Below are positions 36,911-59,810 of a stretch of 64,000 bases of DNA, one piece after another. The notes beneath the pieces are model-generated. The model did not search any database. It was not told where the DNA came from and worked only from the letters and a program-made list of their open reading frames with translations. The stretch lies in NCBI GenBank assembly GCA_965153355.1, contig OZ231126.1:44702001-44766000 (forward strand), read 5' to 3'. Position 1 is the first letter of the stretch. The number at the start of each line of letters is the position of its first letter. The DNA comes from Flaccisagitta enflata (lineage: Eukaryota). The position numbers and the translations under genes were made by a program.

Positions 36911-37331
36911 AGCCACAAAAGCGTTTGATTGTCAGCGGTACCCGTGCCCTGCTTAAGCAGGCTGTGGTTGAGGTTGAGGGGGGAGCAGGGCAGCGGCCCC
37001 AAAGGGGTTGATGACCTGTGCCACACATATGGGGAACTCCTCCTCCTCCTCCACATCCCCCTCCCCCCAGCCTCTAGGCCCATATCTCAGCCTGGAGGCC
37101 CAAATCCCTAGAGACTGGAATCTGGGCCTTGGGGTTGGGATTTGGGCCTTGAGGGTGGGATTTGGGCCTCAAGACTGGGATTTGGGCCTCGAGGCTTGGA
37201 TATGGGCCTCCAGGCTGAGATAAGGGCCTAGAGGCTGGGGGGAGGGGGGGTACAAAGAAGGAGGAGGAGAAGGAGAAATCCCCATATGTGTGAAAGCGTA
37301 GGTCATCGACCCCTTTGGGGCGGCTGCCCAA
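36911..37331 (-). mobile_element. Second adjacent family B copy
   Basis: Same termini and 21-bp array as 36219-36813. Confidence 0.75.
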
Positions 37332-37405
37332 AGAGGAGAAACAAATTACCGAAAGAAGGAAAGAAACAAATTGACGAAGAAATAAATGAAACACAAAAAG
37401 AAAAA

Positions 37406-37464
<59 letters not shown>

Positions 37465-37621
37465 TAAGAAAGAGGGAAAGAAAGAAAGTAAGAAAGAGGG
37501 AAAGAAAGAAAGAAAGAAAGAAAGAAGGAAAGAAAGAAAGAAAGAAGAAAGGAAAGAAAGAAAGAAAGAAGAAAAGAAAGAAGGAAAGAAAGAAGGAAAG
37601 AAAGAAGGAAAGAAAGAAGGA

Positions 37622-37681
<60 letters not shown>

Positions 37682-39015
37682 ACAAAGGAAAGAAAGAAAG
37701 AAGGAAAGAAAGAAAGAAAGAAAGAAATAAGAAGGGAAATGAAAGAAGGAAAGAAAAAAAGAAATAAGCGGCGAAGGATAGAAGTAAGGAAGGATTGAAA
37801 TGAAAAAACTTTGATTGAACGTATGGATGAATGAATGAATGAATGAATGAGTAAGAACAATGACTTACCGAATATATGAATAATTGAATACGCGGATTTA
37901 TCAATGAGATGAGAGCAAAAAAAATTACAAAAAAAAAAAAAATCTGTAAGACACAATGAAAAATATGCAGAAAATAGCAATTATCATAATGTTTTTTTCT
38001 TTTTAAATTAGCTAATAGATTTTAAATTTGTAAAAAAAAACGTTAAATAAAGTGATTTTTCCATTTATAGCTAACATTTCCTGACTTTTTTGATCACCGT
38101 TTGAGCAATAAGGTTCTGTAGGGTTTCATAAAAAGGGTAGGTCCGGGGACCTCTAATATGTTAGATCTTAAAATGTACGCAGTAACTTGGGAAACACATA
38201 TGTAGGCTTGCGTGACCCAATTTTAGGTGCGTGTGCAAATATCATGAAAAAAGTGCCAAAAATAGCCATAATTAGTTAATTTTGGCTATTTTTCGCCCTA
38301 AAACCCATCCTAAACTTGGAAAAGAGCCTTGAAATTTTTCATACATATAAAATAGACCCTTATAAGGCTGTATTTAAAAAATTTTAAGATTCTGACTGTT
38401 TCTAGGTACTTAAATTTTGAAAAAAAAACATTTTTTTTCAATTTTTTTAAAGAAAAAAAATGTTGTTACCCCCCTTAAAGTTGACCGATTTAGACAAAAT
38501 TTTTACTGGAGGTACTTCACAACATGGACTACCTTCATGTAAAATTTTATCCAAATCGGAGCACTATAAGTACTGAAAATTGCGTTCTAAATGAACGAAA
38601 AGTTGATAATTTGCATAAAAAATATGAAATTATCAATATTTAGCTTATCATAATAGATTTTGCATAAATTTTTTTTGTTTTGTAATCAAGAAGTGATATA
38701 CTTACAAAAACTATTTTCAGAAATCATTAAATTAGATGTAAATTTTTTGACCTTATTGAAAGCCAAATTCCTCGCAATCTTGCTCCGTGTCTTATCAAGA
38801 AATGAAACTCATCAGTGCGAAATAAAACTGTGCTTGGCCGATAGTTTTAGAATGATTAGAAACCACCTTCGAGTAAAAGGAGATTAAAAGGGTGGAGACA
38901 TAACTTTTATGTTAAAGTTCAAAACAGACCAATGAATGCCCATCGTTAAAATTTGGGGGGTTCAAAGTCGATGATACAAATGGGCCATCTTGTGCACACT
39001 CGCACACACATGTAT

Positions 39016-39099
<84 letters not shown>

Positions 39100-39242
39100 C
39101 CACATCCACATCCACATCCACCATAAAACCAAAAGACATGAAATTGCGAAGTAGCGTTACTACTTATATCTCATGATAACGGTTGAAATTCCGAAATATC
39201 CCTCGAAACGTGGTTATTAGTGGTTACAAGATATGTAGTAAA

Positions 39243-39851
39243 CGGGTTACATATGCTCTTAACACCTCTCACATGATTAAACGAACTGGCAAAATGATCA
39301 AAATTGATAGAAATAATGCACTCAGTGGGCTGAAATTTGACACAGAGGGAGCTAGAATATAGTATTTTCGCAAACCGGGGCAAAATTTTACACCCGGGAA
39401 AGTGCGTGGCTCTCAGAAAGTGTTATGCCAAAATTCCAATGAAAGATTTTGACTTATTGTGACGGGGAAATCTTTGATGATTAGACGACATAAACCTGCT
39501 AAAGATTTATCATGAAAAAGGCAAGAAAACTTCAATTCTTAAGTTTTTGTATCACTAACAGACAAAAATGAGTCAACAGTACCGACATACAGTCAGTGAT
39601 GGCTGAAAAAAATACTGAAACCCATTGTCAAATAGATTGGTTTAAGTGGCAAACTTGAAGCTAAATTAAATCTAAAATTTACAGCTATGGGTCGACATGA
39701 TTTGAAATCTTTTTTTTTAGATACCTCATGGGAATAACATATTTGAAATTATCATTAACTTGGACTCCTGTCTTGGACTTTAAAAACGCATTTATGAACA
39801 AGTTTCGATCCCAGTTCGCCTAATTTTGTGAGAGGTGTTATATGTGAGCCG
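39243..39851. mobile_element. MITE with imperfect TIRs
   Basis: cgggttacatat..aacacctctcacatgattaaacgaactgg versus ccagttcgcctaattttgtgagaggtgttatatgtgagccg|TA. Confidence 0.6.
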
Positions 39852-39860
39852 TAGCTTTAA

Positions 39861-40042
39861 ACAGGGCCTGATACTCTGCTACTGAAGTCGCGTGCGGGTG
39901 GGCAGGGGCAGGGATAAAAATGGTTAACAAAGCAATTGGGCAGGAGCAGTAATGCAAAAACTGACCGTAAACGCCCAAAAAGCTAAGCGTTATCGACCAA
40001 CAGACGGACATAGCGGGTTATAGAGTCGCGTGCATGCGACTA
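39861..40042 (-). mobile_element. HINE-like family A copy
   Basis: agtcgcgtgcgggtgggcagggg ... agagtcgcgtgcatgcgactaa. Confidence 0.65.
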
Positions 40043-40758
40043 AGAACTTGATGTATGAATAAACAAATTAACAAACAAATGGCGGAGGCATTATTGAAGC
40101 AAAAGATTGACTCAATCCTCAATCCTCAATCCTCAAAAGATTGACTCAATCCTGCCCAACGAAGTGAACGAACCCATCTGTTAACTAAATCCACTTAGCA
40201 CAATAAGTTTAGTAAAGGATCGTTAACATTTTTACACGATTTTGAAAAAAAAAACCCGATAGACATAGCAATTTTTAGCTCTTTAAGATACGCAAGACAC
40301 GTATACGCAAGGTCACGTATGACTGGGCGGAAGCAATCTAAAAAAGAAATTTATAAGAATGTCACGTATACAGATTAAGAGACGGATAACTTGATTGAAA
40401 TTTTCTCCGCCTCTACACAAAAAGGACAAGGCCAAGTAAAGGCCAATATGTGCGCCTCGCTGACTGAAAATGTATGAATGAACGTTCTGAATGAATGAGT
40501 GAATGCATGAATGAATAATAATCGGCAGTTTTGTGCGATTTTAACGTTTGCGTGACAGAGCAACAGACCAACCAACTGACTAGATGTGTCATGTGCGAGG
40601 ACCGAATTGCCATTAACACGGACCTGGATGGAGCGCCATGTCCGGCGTTTTTTGCTTCAGCGTTTCCGACTTATCAACCGACAAAGCCTCATATCGAGGT
40701 GCGTTAGCGCACCTGAAGAGCCCACAGAAGCATATATATATACATAAATATGTATATT

Positions 40759-40934
40759 TTTAGTCGCGTATGACCCGCTCTGTCCGTCTGTCGGTCGGTC
40801 CGTCGGTCCGTCGGTCCGTCGGTCCGTTAGTCACGCTTAGCCTCTTTTCGTCGTTTTACGTCATTTTAAGTAGTCTTTTGGTCTTTTGATCTTATGGTCT
40901 TAACAACCGCACGCGACTGTAAGGTGTTGGCCTT
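40759..40934 (+). mobile_element. HINE-like family A copy (subfamily shared with 44764-44985, opposite orientation)
   Basis: ttagtcgcgt...(ggtccgtc)n...aacaaccgcacgcgactgtaaggtgttggcctt. Confidence 0.65.
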
Positions 40935-41602
40935 TTTTTTTTTGCAATTGGCGATTCGTGAACGTGATTGGCCAGCTGCTATTTTCACTTCTTCCCATCT
41001 CACGCGTACTAAAATAATCTGCTTTGAATTCTTCTTCTTTCCTTCTTTTTTTTTTTTTTTTTTTTTTGCCGATGATTTCTAACAGACTTCATTCCTTCGA
41101 TTTGAGTTTCAAGCTCGCAAGCACAAATAACAAGGCCCGATTCGCCGCTACCACAGTCGGGTGCGGATGGGCAGGGACAGGGGCAGGAACAGGGGTATAG
41201 GAGGTTTATCAAGCATTTGGACAGGGACCATGATGCAGAAACCGCGCTTAAACGCCGAGACACGTTAATGAATTAAAGTACACACATGACCAACCCACCC
41301 ATGGAGAGCCGAACCAACGAATGGACGGACCGAAAAAGCGTGGTATCGAGTCGTAAGCATGCGACTTAAAAAAAGAGTTCAGATCATATATCGCAAATCT
41401 GGAGAGTACATCTCGATAACATCTCACCTTAGAATTGGAAGCCATGTTGTTTTGGTGATGTTGATGTAAAGTGGAAGTGAATGTTGTTCAGGGCCCTTCG
41501 TCGTTGTCAACGTCGTCAGTGAGCATTGCTGCTCATCTGTGATGGTGTTTTAAGTATTCTAGCTCATTTAGCTCATTTAGCTTTTTTTTCTGATTTTAAA
41601 TA

Positions 41603-42098
41603 GAGGGTGTCCCAAGTGAGTTATAACAAAAAGAAACGACTTACCTCTGCTTCTAGGTCCTCAAATCAATTTCTGAAAAAAAGATCTAAAAAGATCTTGG
41701 TCTGCACTTTTTGCATGCAAGATTTAATGATTTGTTTAGGGGCCACATTTTTCTGACTTACACAAGGGATTTCTGACCATGTTTTTTCTTGGTTTTTTAC
41801 TTTTTGCTGTACTTGGAAGTAGCTGTCTTTGATTGCTTGTTATTCTTCAACCAATTGAGCTAAAACCCTGCAATTGGTCTCAAATGGCAGATGATTTGGC
41901 CTATATTTTGGCTCACCAAAATTTTTTAAAATTTTCCAAAACTTTGTAGGATATTTATTGATTTTTTCCAGATTTCCACTTTTCATTTAGATAATGTTAA
42001 ACCAAAATCATCAATAAAGAGCTTTCAGAAATCAATTTGAGTTCTTAGAAGCTGAGATATATTGATTCTTTATGTTGCGACTGACTTGAGACACCCTC
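41603..42098. mobile_element. Tc1/mariner-type MITE related to 1987-2538
   Basis: TA|GAGGGTGTCCCAAGTGAGT ... ACTGACTTGAGACACCCTC|TA; shares aaaaagatcttggtc.gca and tagaagctgagatat motifs with the 1987 element. Confidence 0.75.
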
Positions 42099-42960
42099 TA
42101 GGCTCTAGGATAAGAAGATAAATGTTTTGATATGTGTCTGAGCATGCAAATACAAGAAAACATGTTTATGAGCAAAGCTGCTCATCTATGAGAATGTTTT
42201 TGAGTATTCTACCTGATTTAACTCATTTCGCTTTCTTTTTTAGTTGCGGACACGCAACTCTATAAGAGGCTTTGTCCGTCCGTTGGTCGGTCGGTCGGTC
42301 CATCGGTCCATCGGTCGGTCGGTCCGTGGACACGAGTCGAAAAGAGAGGAAATGAGCGTTTTAGAACGTTTTTAGTTGCGGACAGTTGCATTTCCGCCCC
42401 TGCCCACCCGTCCGCAACAGATGGCCGCGTATCTGGCCTTGTTTCTGATTTCAAATTAGATAAATAAATGAATATTTTGATATGTGTCTGAGCATGCAAA
42501 TACAAGAAAGCATGTCAGTGAGTGTAGCTGGTCTTTTGGATGAGTGATTTTGAGTATTTTAGCTCATCTGGCTCATTTGGCTCAATTCTATTTTTCTCTA
42601 ATTTTCATTGCAATCATGTCATACAGTAGCTCTTGGTTTAATCTAAGAAATAAAAAAACTTACAATGACTGAAAATAAAAACTTTGTGAAAAGTGATCGA
42701 CTTTTTTCCTCACGGCGATAGCCGCCATTACTGTTAATACATGTAAACGTGACGAAAGAAATAAAATGGAAAGAGGAAAAGGATGAGAGAGAGAGAAAAA
42801 GGAAGATGATGATGATGACACGTATTCAGAATAAAGGATGGACACACAAAGTAGGCGATTTAACCCCTGAACCAAATAAGGTCAAGAGTCATTAGCAATG
42901 TTGAGATTTTGCCTTCGCGGTACCCTCACATCCGCTTATCTTATTTTTTGCCTGCTGCTT

Positions 42961-43130
42961 TTTAGTTGCGGACACGCAATTCTATAAGAGGCTTAGTCCG
43001 TCCGTCGGTCGGTCGGTTGGTTGGTCGGTCGGATGGTTGGTCCGTCACGCTCGAGTTGAAAAGTGGGAAAACGTGCATTTCTGCCCCTGCCCACCCGTCC
43101 GCAACTGATGGCCGTGTATCCGGCCTTGTT
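42961..43130 (+). mobile_element. HINE-like family A copy (similar copies near 11928, 23350, 41128, 42240, 60910)
   Basis: ttagttgcggacacgcaa.tctataagagg, (GGTC)n, cccacccgtccgcaact, ggccgtgtatccggccttgtt. Confidence 0.7.
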
Positions 43131-43565
43131 CTTTCTCTCTATATAACTTAAAAAGCCCACATCTGTTGGAAATTCGGCGCATTTGCTAGCATGAATTGCG
43201 TTAATTCGGTCATGCATCCATCTGTCCGTCAGTTGATTCTCATATCAGTTTCTCCCTGTTCATCTATCCGTCTACCCGCCCCTACATTCCGTATTCGTTC
43301 GTATGTCCATCCATCTGTCCCTCCGTCAGCGCATTGAAGTTGACCATATACCATATTGCGTTGATGCATTACAGTCACGCTAAAGGCTTTGTATGTTGGA
43401 GCCCACACGTATTTAACGCAATCATGCTTTCGCGCATTCGGCCCTGTCGACAATAAATCTTCTGAATATGCGCACCAAACGCTCATTACATCATACGGAT
43501 CTCTCTTAATTTCTGTTGGTGTTTGCCTAGATCAGCCCGCTAGCTTGTTTGTCTGTTTATAACAT

Positions 43566-43625
<60 letters not shown>

Positions 43626-44080
43626 AAGTATGAGATACCCAACTCGACATTAATAACTTATGAATCACCCGAGGTTCAAACTTTAATACATTATAAGAGA
43701 CAAAAATATTCGGCATTCCCTCCCGCAAATATCATTTTCGTAATCTCAAAATGTCAGCATATAAAGAAAAAAAAAAAAAAAAAAAAGCAAAGAAGAATTG
43801 AATACAATAGTGACAGCCAGCGAAACCACGAATACCATGAATGCTTGGTAAAATTAGAAATATTGTGAATACACATTCTTTCAAATTTCAGCTTTGAAGA
43901 TCAGTTCTCAGGCTTGCGATAAAAAATCTCGACCTACCATTCCAAATTTCAACTTTAAGTTCCAATTCTCAGCCTTGAGGGAAGCAAGGTAATTAACCAC
44001 TCCGGCGCTGCTGCTCCTCTGATAGCCACTTACCATCAAATACTTACGGAAGAGCAACGCCTACCGCTTACCATATAGCG

Positions 44081-44171
<91 letters not shown>

Positions 44172-44192
44172 CGTCATCGTCGTCGTCGTCGC

Positions 44193-44224
<32 letters not shown>

Positions 44225-44228
44225 TGGC

Positions 44229-44274
<46 letters not shown>

Positions 44275-44277
44275 GAT

Positions 44278-44312
<35 letters not shown>

Positions 44313-44683
44313 GGTTGTGGTGTGGTGCTGTTGTTGCTGTTGCTGTTGTTGTTGTTGTTGTTGTTGTTGTGCTGTTGTTGTTGCTGTTGTTGTTGTTGTT
44401 GTTGTTGCTGTTGTTTCTGTTGTTTTTTGCTGTGGTTTTGCCTTGTTGTTGTTGCTGTTGTGTTGTTGTTGTTGTTGTTGTTGTTTTGTTGTTGTTGTTG
44501 TTGTTGTTGCTGCTGTTGCTGTTGTTGTTGCTGTTGTTGTTGTTGTTGCTTGTTGTTGCTATTGCTGTTGTTGCTGTTGCTTGTTGCTGTTGTTGTTGTT
44601 GTTGTTGTTGCTGTTGTTGTTGCTGCTGCCGCGTGCTGCGCTGCTGCTGCTGCTGTTGCTGTTGTTGTTGTTGTTGCTGTTGC

Positions 44684-44735
<52 letters not shown>

Positions 44736-44758
44736 GCTGTTGTCGTTGTTGTTGTTGT
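44081..44758. repeat. Long (GTT/GCT)n microsatellite
   Basis: Directly visible. Confidence 0.95.
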
Positions 44759-44763
44759 TTGAA

Positions 44764-44985
44764 AACAAGGCCAACACCATACAGTCGCGTGCGGTTGTTA
44801 AGACCATAAGACCAAAAGACTAAAGGACTAAATGTAAATTATCTTGAAATAACCTAAAATGACTTAAATGACGTAAAATGATGTAAAATGACAAAAAAAA
44901 GCTAAGTGTGACGTAGCGACCGACCGACGGACCGACCGACAGACCGACGGATATAGTGGGTCATAGAAACGCGTGCACGCGACTA
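44764..44985 (-). mobile_element. HINE-like family A copy
   Basis: aacaaggccaacaccatacagtcgcgtgcgg ... (GACC)n ... cgcgtgcacgcgactaa. Confidence 0.7.
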
Positions 44986-45245
44986 AATATTATAGCTATT
45001 GGCTAATAAAATCTCGTTTTTGGCATGCAAACCTAGCCCCTAGAAAATATGATTAGCATGACACGTAAATGAGTCTGTGGGCTCTAATGAGCTGAAATGA
45101 AATAGACGAAAACCTTGGTCGGCACTTGACGCGGTGGGACCCATTTAAAAGGTGAATACAGAAATGGGAGCCATTTACAAGGTGAAGTCAGAAATGACAG
45201 AGTAATTGAATGTTTAATTTTGAATGATTCTGAAAAAAAAATGAG

Positions 45246-45353
<108 letters not shown>

Positions 45354-45651
45354 TAGAGAAGCACACCGCGACGATGGAGAATTCAGCCTTGATGAATATC
45401 CTCTCCACCCCCCACTTGCAGAAAAAAGAAAGAAAGAAAAACAAATAAGTGAAATAGCAAAAGATCGAACTTGAAAATACAAAACCGATTTCCTGAGTAA
45501 GAGGTATTCGATTTTTTTTTAGGTTTTTGATCATGCAGGTAGTTTGTTTGTCCATTACAATAGATGAACCGATTATATCGGGTGAACAAGGTTAGGTAAG
45601 ATCTTCAAGGCGGCTTAGGATCTAGAGACTAGGAACATGGGGACTTACAAA

Positions 45652-46283
45652 AACAGGTCGCCCAAGGGCAATATGTGGTCAGCGATTCCCGTTGCCCTGC
45701 TTTGCATGATTCAAGATGATTGTGAATTGGAGTAAGAGGAAGTAGGGTAGCGGCCCTATAGGAGATGAAGTCTTGTAGAACACAGGGGGAATTCTGTTTT
45801 TTCGTTCTTTCATTCGTCCATTCGTTTGTCTGCCCCCCCCCTAGGCCCTCTCATGCCTGAAATCTGCCCTCTCAGGCTTTAAATCTATCCTCTCAGGCTT
45901 GAAATCTATCCTCTCAGGCCTGAAATCTGCCCTCGCAAACATTGAATCTTTGAGGGCAGGTTTAAGGCCTCTAAGGGCAGATTTCAGGCCTGAGAAGGCA
46001 GATTTCAGGCATGAGAGGGCTGATTCAAGGCCTGAGTAGGCAGATTTAAGGCATGAGAGTCTAGATTTCAGGCCTGAGAGGGCAGATTCAAGGCCGAAGA
46101 GGGCAGATTTTAGGCCAGAGAGGCTAGATTTCAAGCCCGAGAGGGCTTATTTCAAGCCTGAGAGGGACTAGGGGGGACAAACAAATGGACAAACAAACGA
46201 ATGAATGGACGAACAAATGAATGAATGAACGAAAGTCCCCCTGTGTTCTACAGGACTTCGTCCCCGTCGGGGCCGCTGCCCAA
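45652..46283 (-). mobile_element. Family B-related element with 21-bp minisatellite
   Basis: gggtagcggcccta..gtcttgtagaacacagggg and cccctgtgttctacaggacttcgtccccgtcggggccgctgccc inverted ends around (gagagggcagatttcaggcct)n. Confidence 0.7.
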
Positions 46284-46923
46284 AAAAGTAAGATACAAAC
46301 GGAAGAGAGAGAGGCGTGTTGGTTATGAATCTCAACATCGTGTGGGTCTTTTTGCTGAATGAAGTCAGGATTTCATTTCGAGTTTGATGATCAACGCACG
46401 GCGCTGTTTACAAAAACATGACAAAACATTTTGTTCTCACGAGACAATTAGTAGTAGCCTCTCTATCATCTTTCCCTCAACAATGATTCGCTTCGTTTGC
46501 GAATACATTTATCCTTACAGTTTGTCGCTTTTCTATTCCTGCACCCAAACTACGGGCCATTAGAGACCTGTGCAACGCAGATAAATGAAAGGGGCCTGCA
46601 CCTGGGGTTCGAAGAGGCCCATAGGGGGACAAACCAAAATACATTTTCCTGCAAAACCTTAGGGGGGCCTTTAATAAAACCGTCCCTAGGTCTTCAGCAG
46701 TGGTGGCGCCAAGAATGGGGCAAAGAAACGCGGTGGAGGCGCCAAGAATTCTGATTCTATCAGGAGCCCAAAACTCTGGGATTGCCCCTGCCTACTCTAT
46801 GGCCTATCATCTGCCATATTGTGGTATTTTTTCCCCGCAGGACAAATAGGAGGCTGGCCTTGAATCAGTCTTCCGTCAGTAAGGTGAAAAAAGCATCGTT
46901 CGGATCGCGGATCATTAAATTTG

Positions 46924-47038
<115 letters not shown>

Positions 47039-48650
47039 ATTGAGGAGCCTTTGGAAAAAAAATTCGAAAAAGTATTTTAAAACAACTTAATTAATTACAC
47101 CATGCAGTTTAATTTTTTTCCGCTTCAAAGCCAGTATTCAGATCGGGGCATTAATGGGCGAGTGCCGTGATGGTCGGCTGTTATATCAGTTGGTTATATT
47201 GAGAGATACATCTAGTTAACACATGCGTCACGTTAAGGCGGAAAAATGCTTGGGCATAAAATACATAAAAACTTAAAAAGTATACGTCGGCTCAGTGTGA
47301 TAAGACTTAAAACGTAGTAGGACAAAGTTATGGAAACTATTTTATTCATCTTGCTAGATTGACAAGAAGTATGTTTTTCATGCTTTTTGTTTTGAACTTT
47401 TTTTTCTCGCCTAAATGTGGTGCGCGTGTTATAACTTAAAGATCACCGGGCAAAGCTCAGACTGGATGTACATATAGTAGACAGATTGTCAATGTCTATG
47501 TCTTCAATGCATTATGACATAATAAAAACCTTTATTGTTCCACTAGGCCGGAAACACGGCACTACTAATTGCGGACAGGTGGGCAGGAGCAAAAACCCCA
47601 AAACCTTTTTGACCGATTGAAGAATTGCGACTACTTGTACCAACATCAGTTGTATCTTTTTGGGTCGAGTGAGTTTGCGGCCGGTGTACGTCGTCATGAT
47701 AACAGCAAAATTGTAAATCCTTATCTTCCTTTTGGGAGTGTTACATAACTGAATGGTAACTAAGCAAGCATTCAAACCTAGTCCAGGCCAGTTCACGAAT
47801 GAAGAAACGAATGAGATGGCTTTCTTCTTTTATTCCAAAAAAAGACACAGTGGTAACATGAATTTGAAAGAATTGGTGAATGTAGCCCAAAACATGATTT
47901 TTGGTCATGAAAAGCGAAAAAAGAAGCAATTGTTTTCTAGTAGTTTTTGTTCATAAAAATAGTTTACAATCATGGCCGAGAAAGAAAGGAGAAGATGAAC
48001 AGATTCTTCCGTGCAGATTGATACATGTGACCATGCCATAGATCACATGTTATTTCATGGTGAGGACTAGATGAATATAATATCGGTCATGACAATGAAC
48101 ATTTTTCAACAGCATGCGTATCCATAAGCACAGTTTTATCACAACCATCATCATTCAAAACAACAGGACAATGATCAAAAATCAACAACATTCATTCAGA
48201 ATCAAAATTTATCATCAAACATTTGTCATGAATGAAACCATACCAGCAAACGCTTGGGCTTTAACAATGTGCGTGAGTGCCGCATGTATGTATTTATGCA
48301 CATATGCGTGTGCCAAAGTGCGCACACGCTTGCATGTGACGTTTTCAGGAGAGACCAAAGAGCATATGCAAAACCTACGATGCATAATCGCTAATTATGT
48401 GTCATTGATAAAAATTTACATGATGAAAATTCGAGTATTTTTAAAGTTTTTGATTTTTGGCAAGAAAGAGAGAAAAAGTATACAGAAGGTAAAAATCATG
48501 CAACAATTATTTCCTATATATAAGTAGAACAAGCGGGGGGCTCATTTTGGGGGTTTGGGTTTTGAGTGAGGGTTTCACTAAAACGCGACGACAGAAGTTG
48601 ATAGCGGCTAGTCTTTGTTATTTTTTGTTGTTGTAGTTGATTGTAAGCTA

Positions 48651-48875
48651 CGATCTTGGCGGAAAATATCAGTCAATATCAGTGAATGATAATTTCTTAT
48701 AAATTCAGCTTCTTAAAAACAAATGATTTTGATTCATCACAAATGAAGAAGGAACTTTTCAATGCGTCCTCTATCACTATTAACTGTTAACCCCTTGAAC
48801 TTGCTTAGACATAATCAATCTATTCAATGATATAACTTATAAGGAAACATGTGATATTTTTTTCCGCCAAGATTG
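48651..48875. mobile_element. Small TA-flanked MITE
   Basis: TA|CGATCTTGGCGGAAAATATCA ... TGATATTTTTTTCCGCCAAGATTG|TA. Confidence 0.7.
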
Positions 48876-49377
48876 TATATGAGAAAACATTTAGGAGATC
48901 CACTTATGAAGGATTAAACACGGAACCAGATCGAACTCAATCGACCCCGCATATGGATGCCCTTTTCGTCGATATGTCGGGGGGAAAGCATGAGATATCG
49001 GCGTAACTAACACGTGCCTCATGACGGACAAGTGAAAACGAAATAACTTGTAATATGGTTGTAACAAATGATAAGTCACGCCGTGTTTGAACGCACAGCG
49101 GACTCACTGATTTCATTCTCTCCCGCGTGCGAAAAAAAGAAATCGAGATTATTTACTCCTCCCAAATTTTGCGCGCACAAATCATCGTATGAATGATTAT
49201 CACTTTATATGCTGGCAGAGAATGTTCATGGAAAACAAACAAATGCACAAATTAACAAACAAACAGACAAACGGAGGGACAAAGAACATTGAAAGTTTCG
49301 GGACATGTAAACGACTACGTATTCTAGATCGAAACTCTACAACGAAAAAAGAAAGAAGGAAAGAAAGAAAGAAAGAA

Positions 49378-49468
<91 letters not shown>

Positions 49469-49469
49469 C

Positions 49470-49524
<55 letters not shown>

Positions 49525-49577
49525 CAGAGAGAAGAAAAGTAAAAAGAAAGAAAGAAGAAAAGGAAGAAAGAAAGAGA

Positions 49578-49666
<89 letters not shown>

Positions 49667-49840
49667 GAAGGAAGAGATAGACAGAAAGAAAGACAGAAGG
49701 AAGAAAAGTAAAAAAGAAAGAAAGAAAAAATAGAAAGAAACAAAGAAACAAAGAGAGAAAGAAACAAAGAAAGAATGGAAGAAAAAAGAATGAGGGAAAG
49801 ACGGAAAGAACGGAAGAGAAGAAAATGAAAGAAAACGAAA

Positions 49841-49924
<84 letters not shown>

Positions 49925-50033
49925 AAAAGGGAAAGAGATACAGAAAGAAAGAAAGGAAAGAAAGAAAGAAAGAAAGACAGAAAGAAAGAAAGAAAAGAAA
50001 AAAAGAAAGAAAGACAGAAAAAGAAAAAAATAT

Positions 50034-50143
<110 letters not shown>

Positions 50144-50192
50144 CCAAAAAAGAAAATGAGAGAAGAATGAAAAAAAGAAAACAACTTTGAAA

Positions 50193-58400
<8,208 letters not shown>

Positions 58401-58565
58401 TGTTTTTCTTTTCTATTGACCTCTAATTAAAGAAGATGCGTGCCCTCTAGGGGACTACCATATGGAAGAAATATGTTTACTTTCTTTCAATTTTTAAGAC
58501 GTTTTTTTCCTTCGTTTCGTTTTCATTAATATCTATTTGGTTTTAACAAGTATATATCCATTGGC

Positions 58566-58620
58566 GCTGGCGTAGCACTGGCGTAGCACTGGCGTAGTAC
58601 TGGCGTAGCGCTGGCGTAGT
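58566..58620. repeat. 11-bp tandem repeat (ctggcgtagca) x5 upstream of Cav1
   Basis: Directly visible. Confidence 0.85.
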
Positions 58621-59156
58621 CGCCGCCTTAGCGCAGCGATTGAAGCTCCAACTAACGCCTCAAACAGGCGCTGGGTAAAAGAAGAAGAAAAAGAATCATG
58701 TTTCAGAAGGGTTCATAATTTTTTTTTACTCTTTTATTCTATTCATTTGAAGAAAAAAAGGCAATCAGGCTTAACACATTGATCATTGACCAAGTACGAA
58801 CCGGTACAAAATATAAGATATAGAAAAATCTAAAACACTGACTGATGGGGAGGGGGGGACAGAGTGTGAACTGATAAATCGACGGACGAACGAATCATTT
58901 GTCGGTATGTAATTAAAACGAGGCGACCAAGAGGTGAATTTTGGCCTCGAGCAGCGAGGCATAGGTGCTGAATATACAGAGCAACCATTTCAATTTCAAC
59001 AGATGAAGATCGAAAGCAGATGAATAATGAAACGAATGGTGGGATTTGTGATCATAGCATACTTACAAGGGGAATGCCAATTGGGGTGAATTGGACACAT
59101 GTTTACATGGTTCCTAAACGCACTGAAACTAAAAGGGGAAAAAGGTACTCTCTGTT

Positions 59157-59217
<61 letters not shown>

Positions 59218-59221
59218 GTCC

Positions 59222-59363
<142 letters not shown>

Positions 59364-59810
59364 ACTATCCAAACCACAAATTATATCACAAGACCACTGA
59401 CAAACGACCAACTGATGGTACCATCGTCGGAAATATTGTCCGACAGAAAACAACACCAACCAAATTCCCCAACCATAGACTGATGAAGCGGCCGACAGTT
59501 TAAACCACAGATTAAATCACAAAACGACTAAATGGTTTACCGACAAAAGAACTAACCGCATATTGCCTCAAATAAGAAAAACACTCACTGTTTTACCAAG
59601 CAGGGATGATATAACAAAACTACCGACTGATCCTGCGGACATAGTATGACCAATGACCAATGACCAATTGAATAAATTAACAGGGCGTCCGTCGCGTCCA
59701 TTGGTCGGTTTATCCGTTGGTCCGTCCGTCGGTCCATCGGTCTGTTGGTCCGTCGATCCGTCGGAGGTCATCTAGTTGAAAAGTGGGAAAACGAGCGTTT
59801 AAGATACTTT

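Noticed and set aside
58561-58680. GC-rich block as a possible upstream Cav1 exon
   Set aside because: Dominated by an 11-bp repeat that breaks codon periodicity; no NSCaTE-like peptide or convincing donor.
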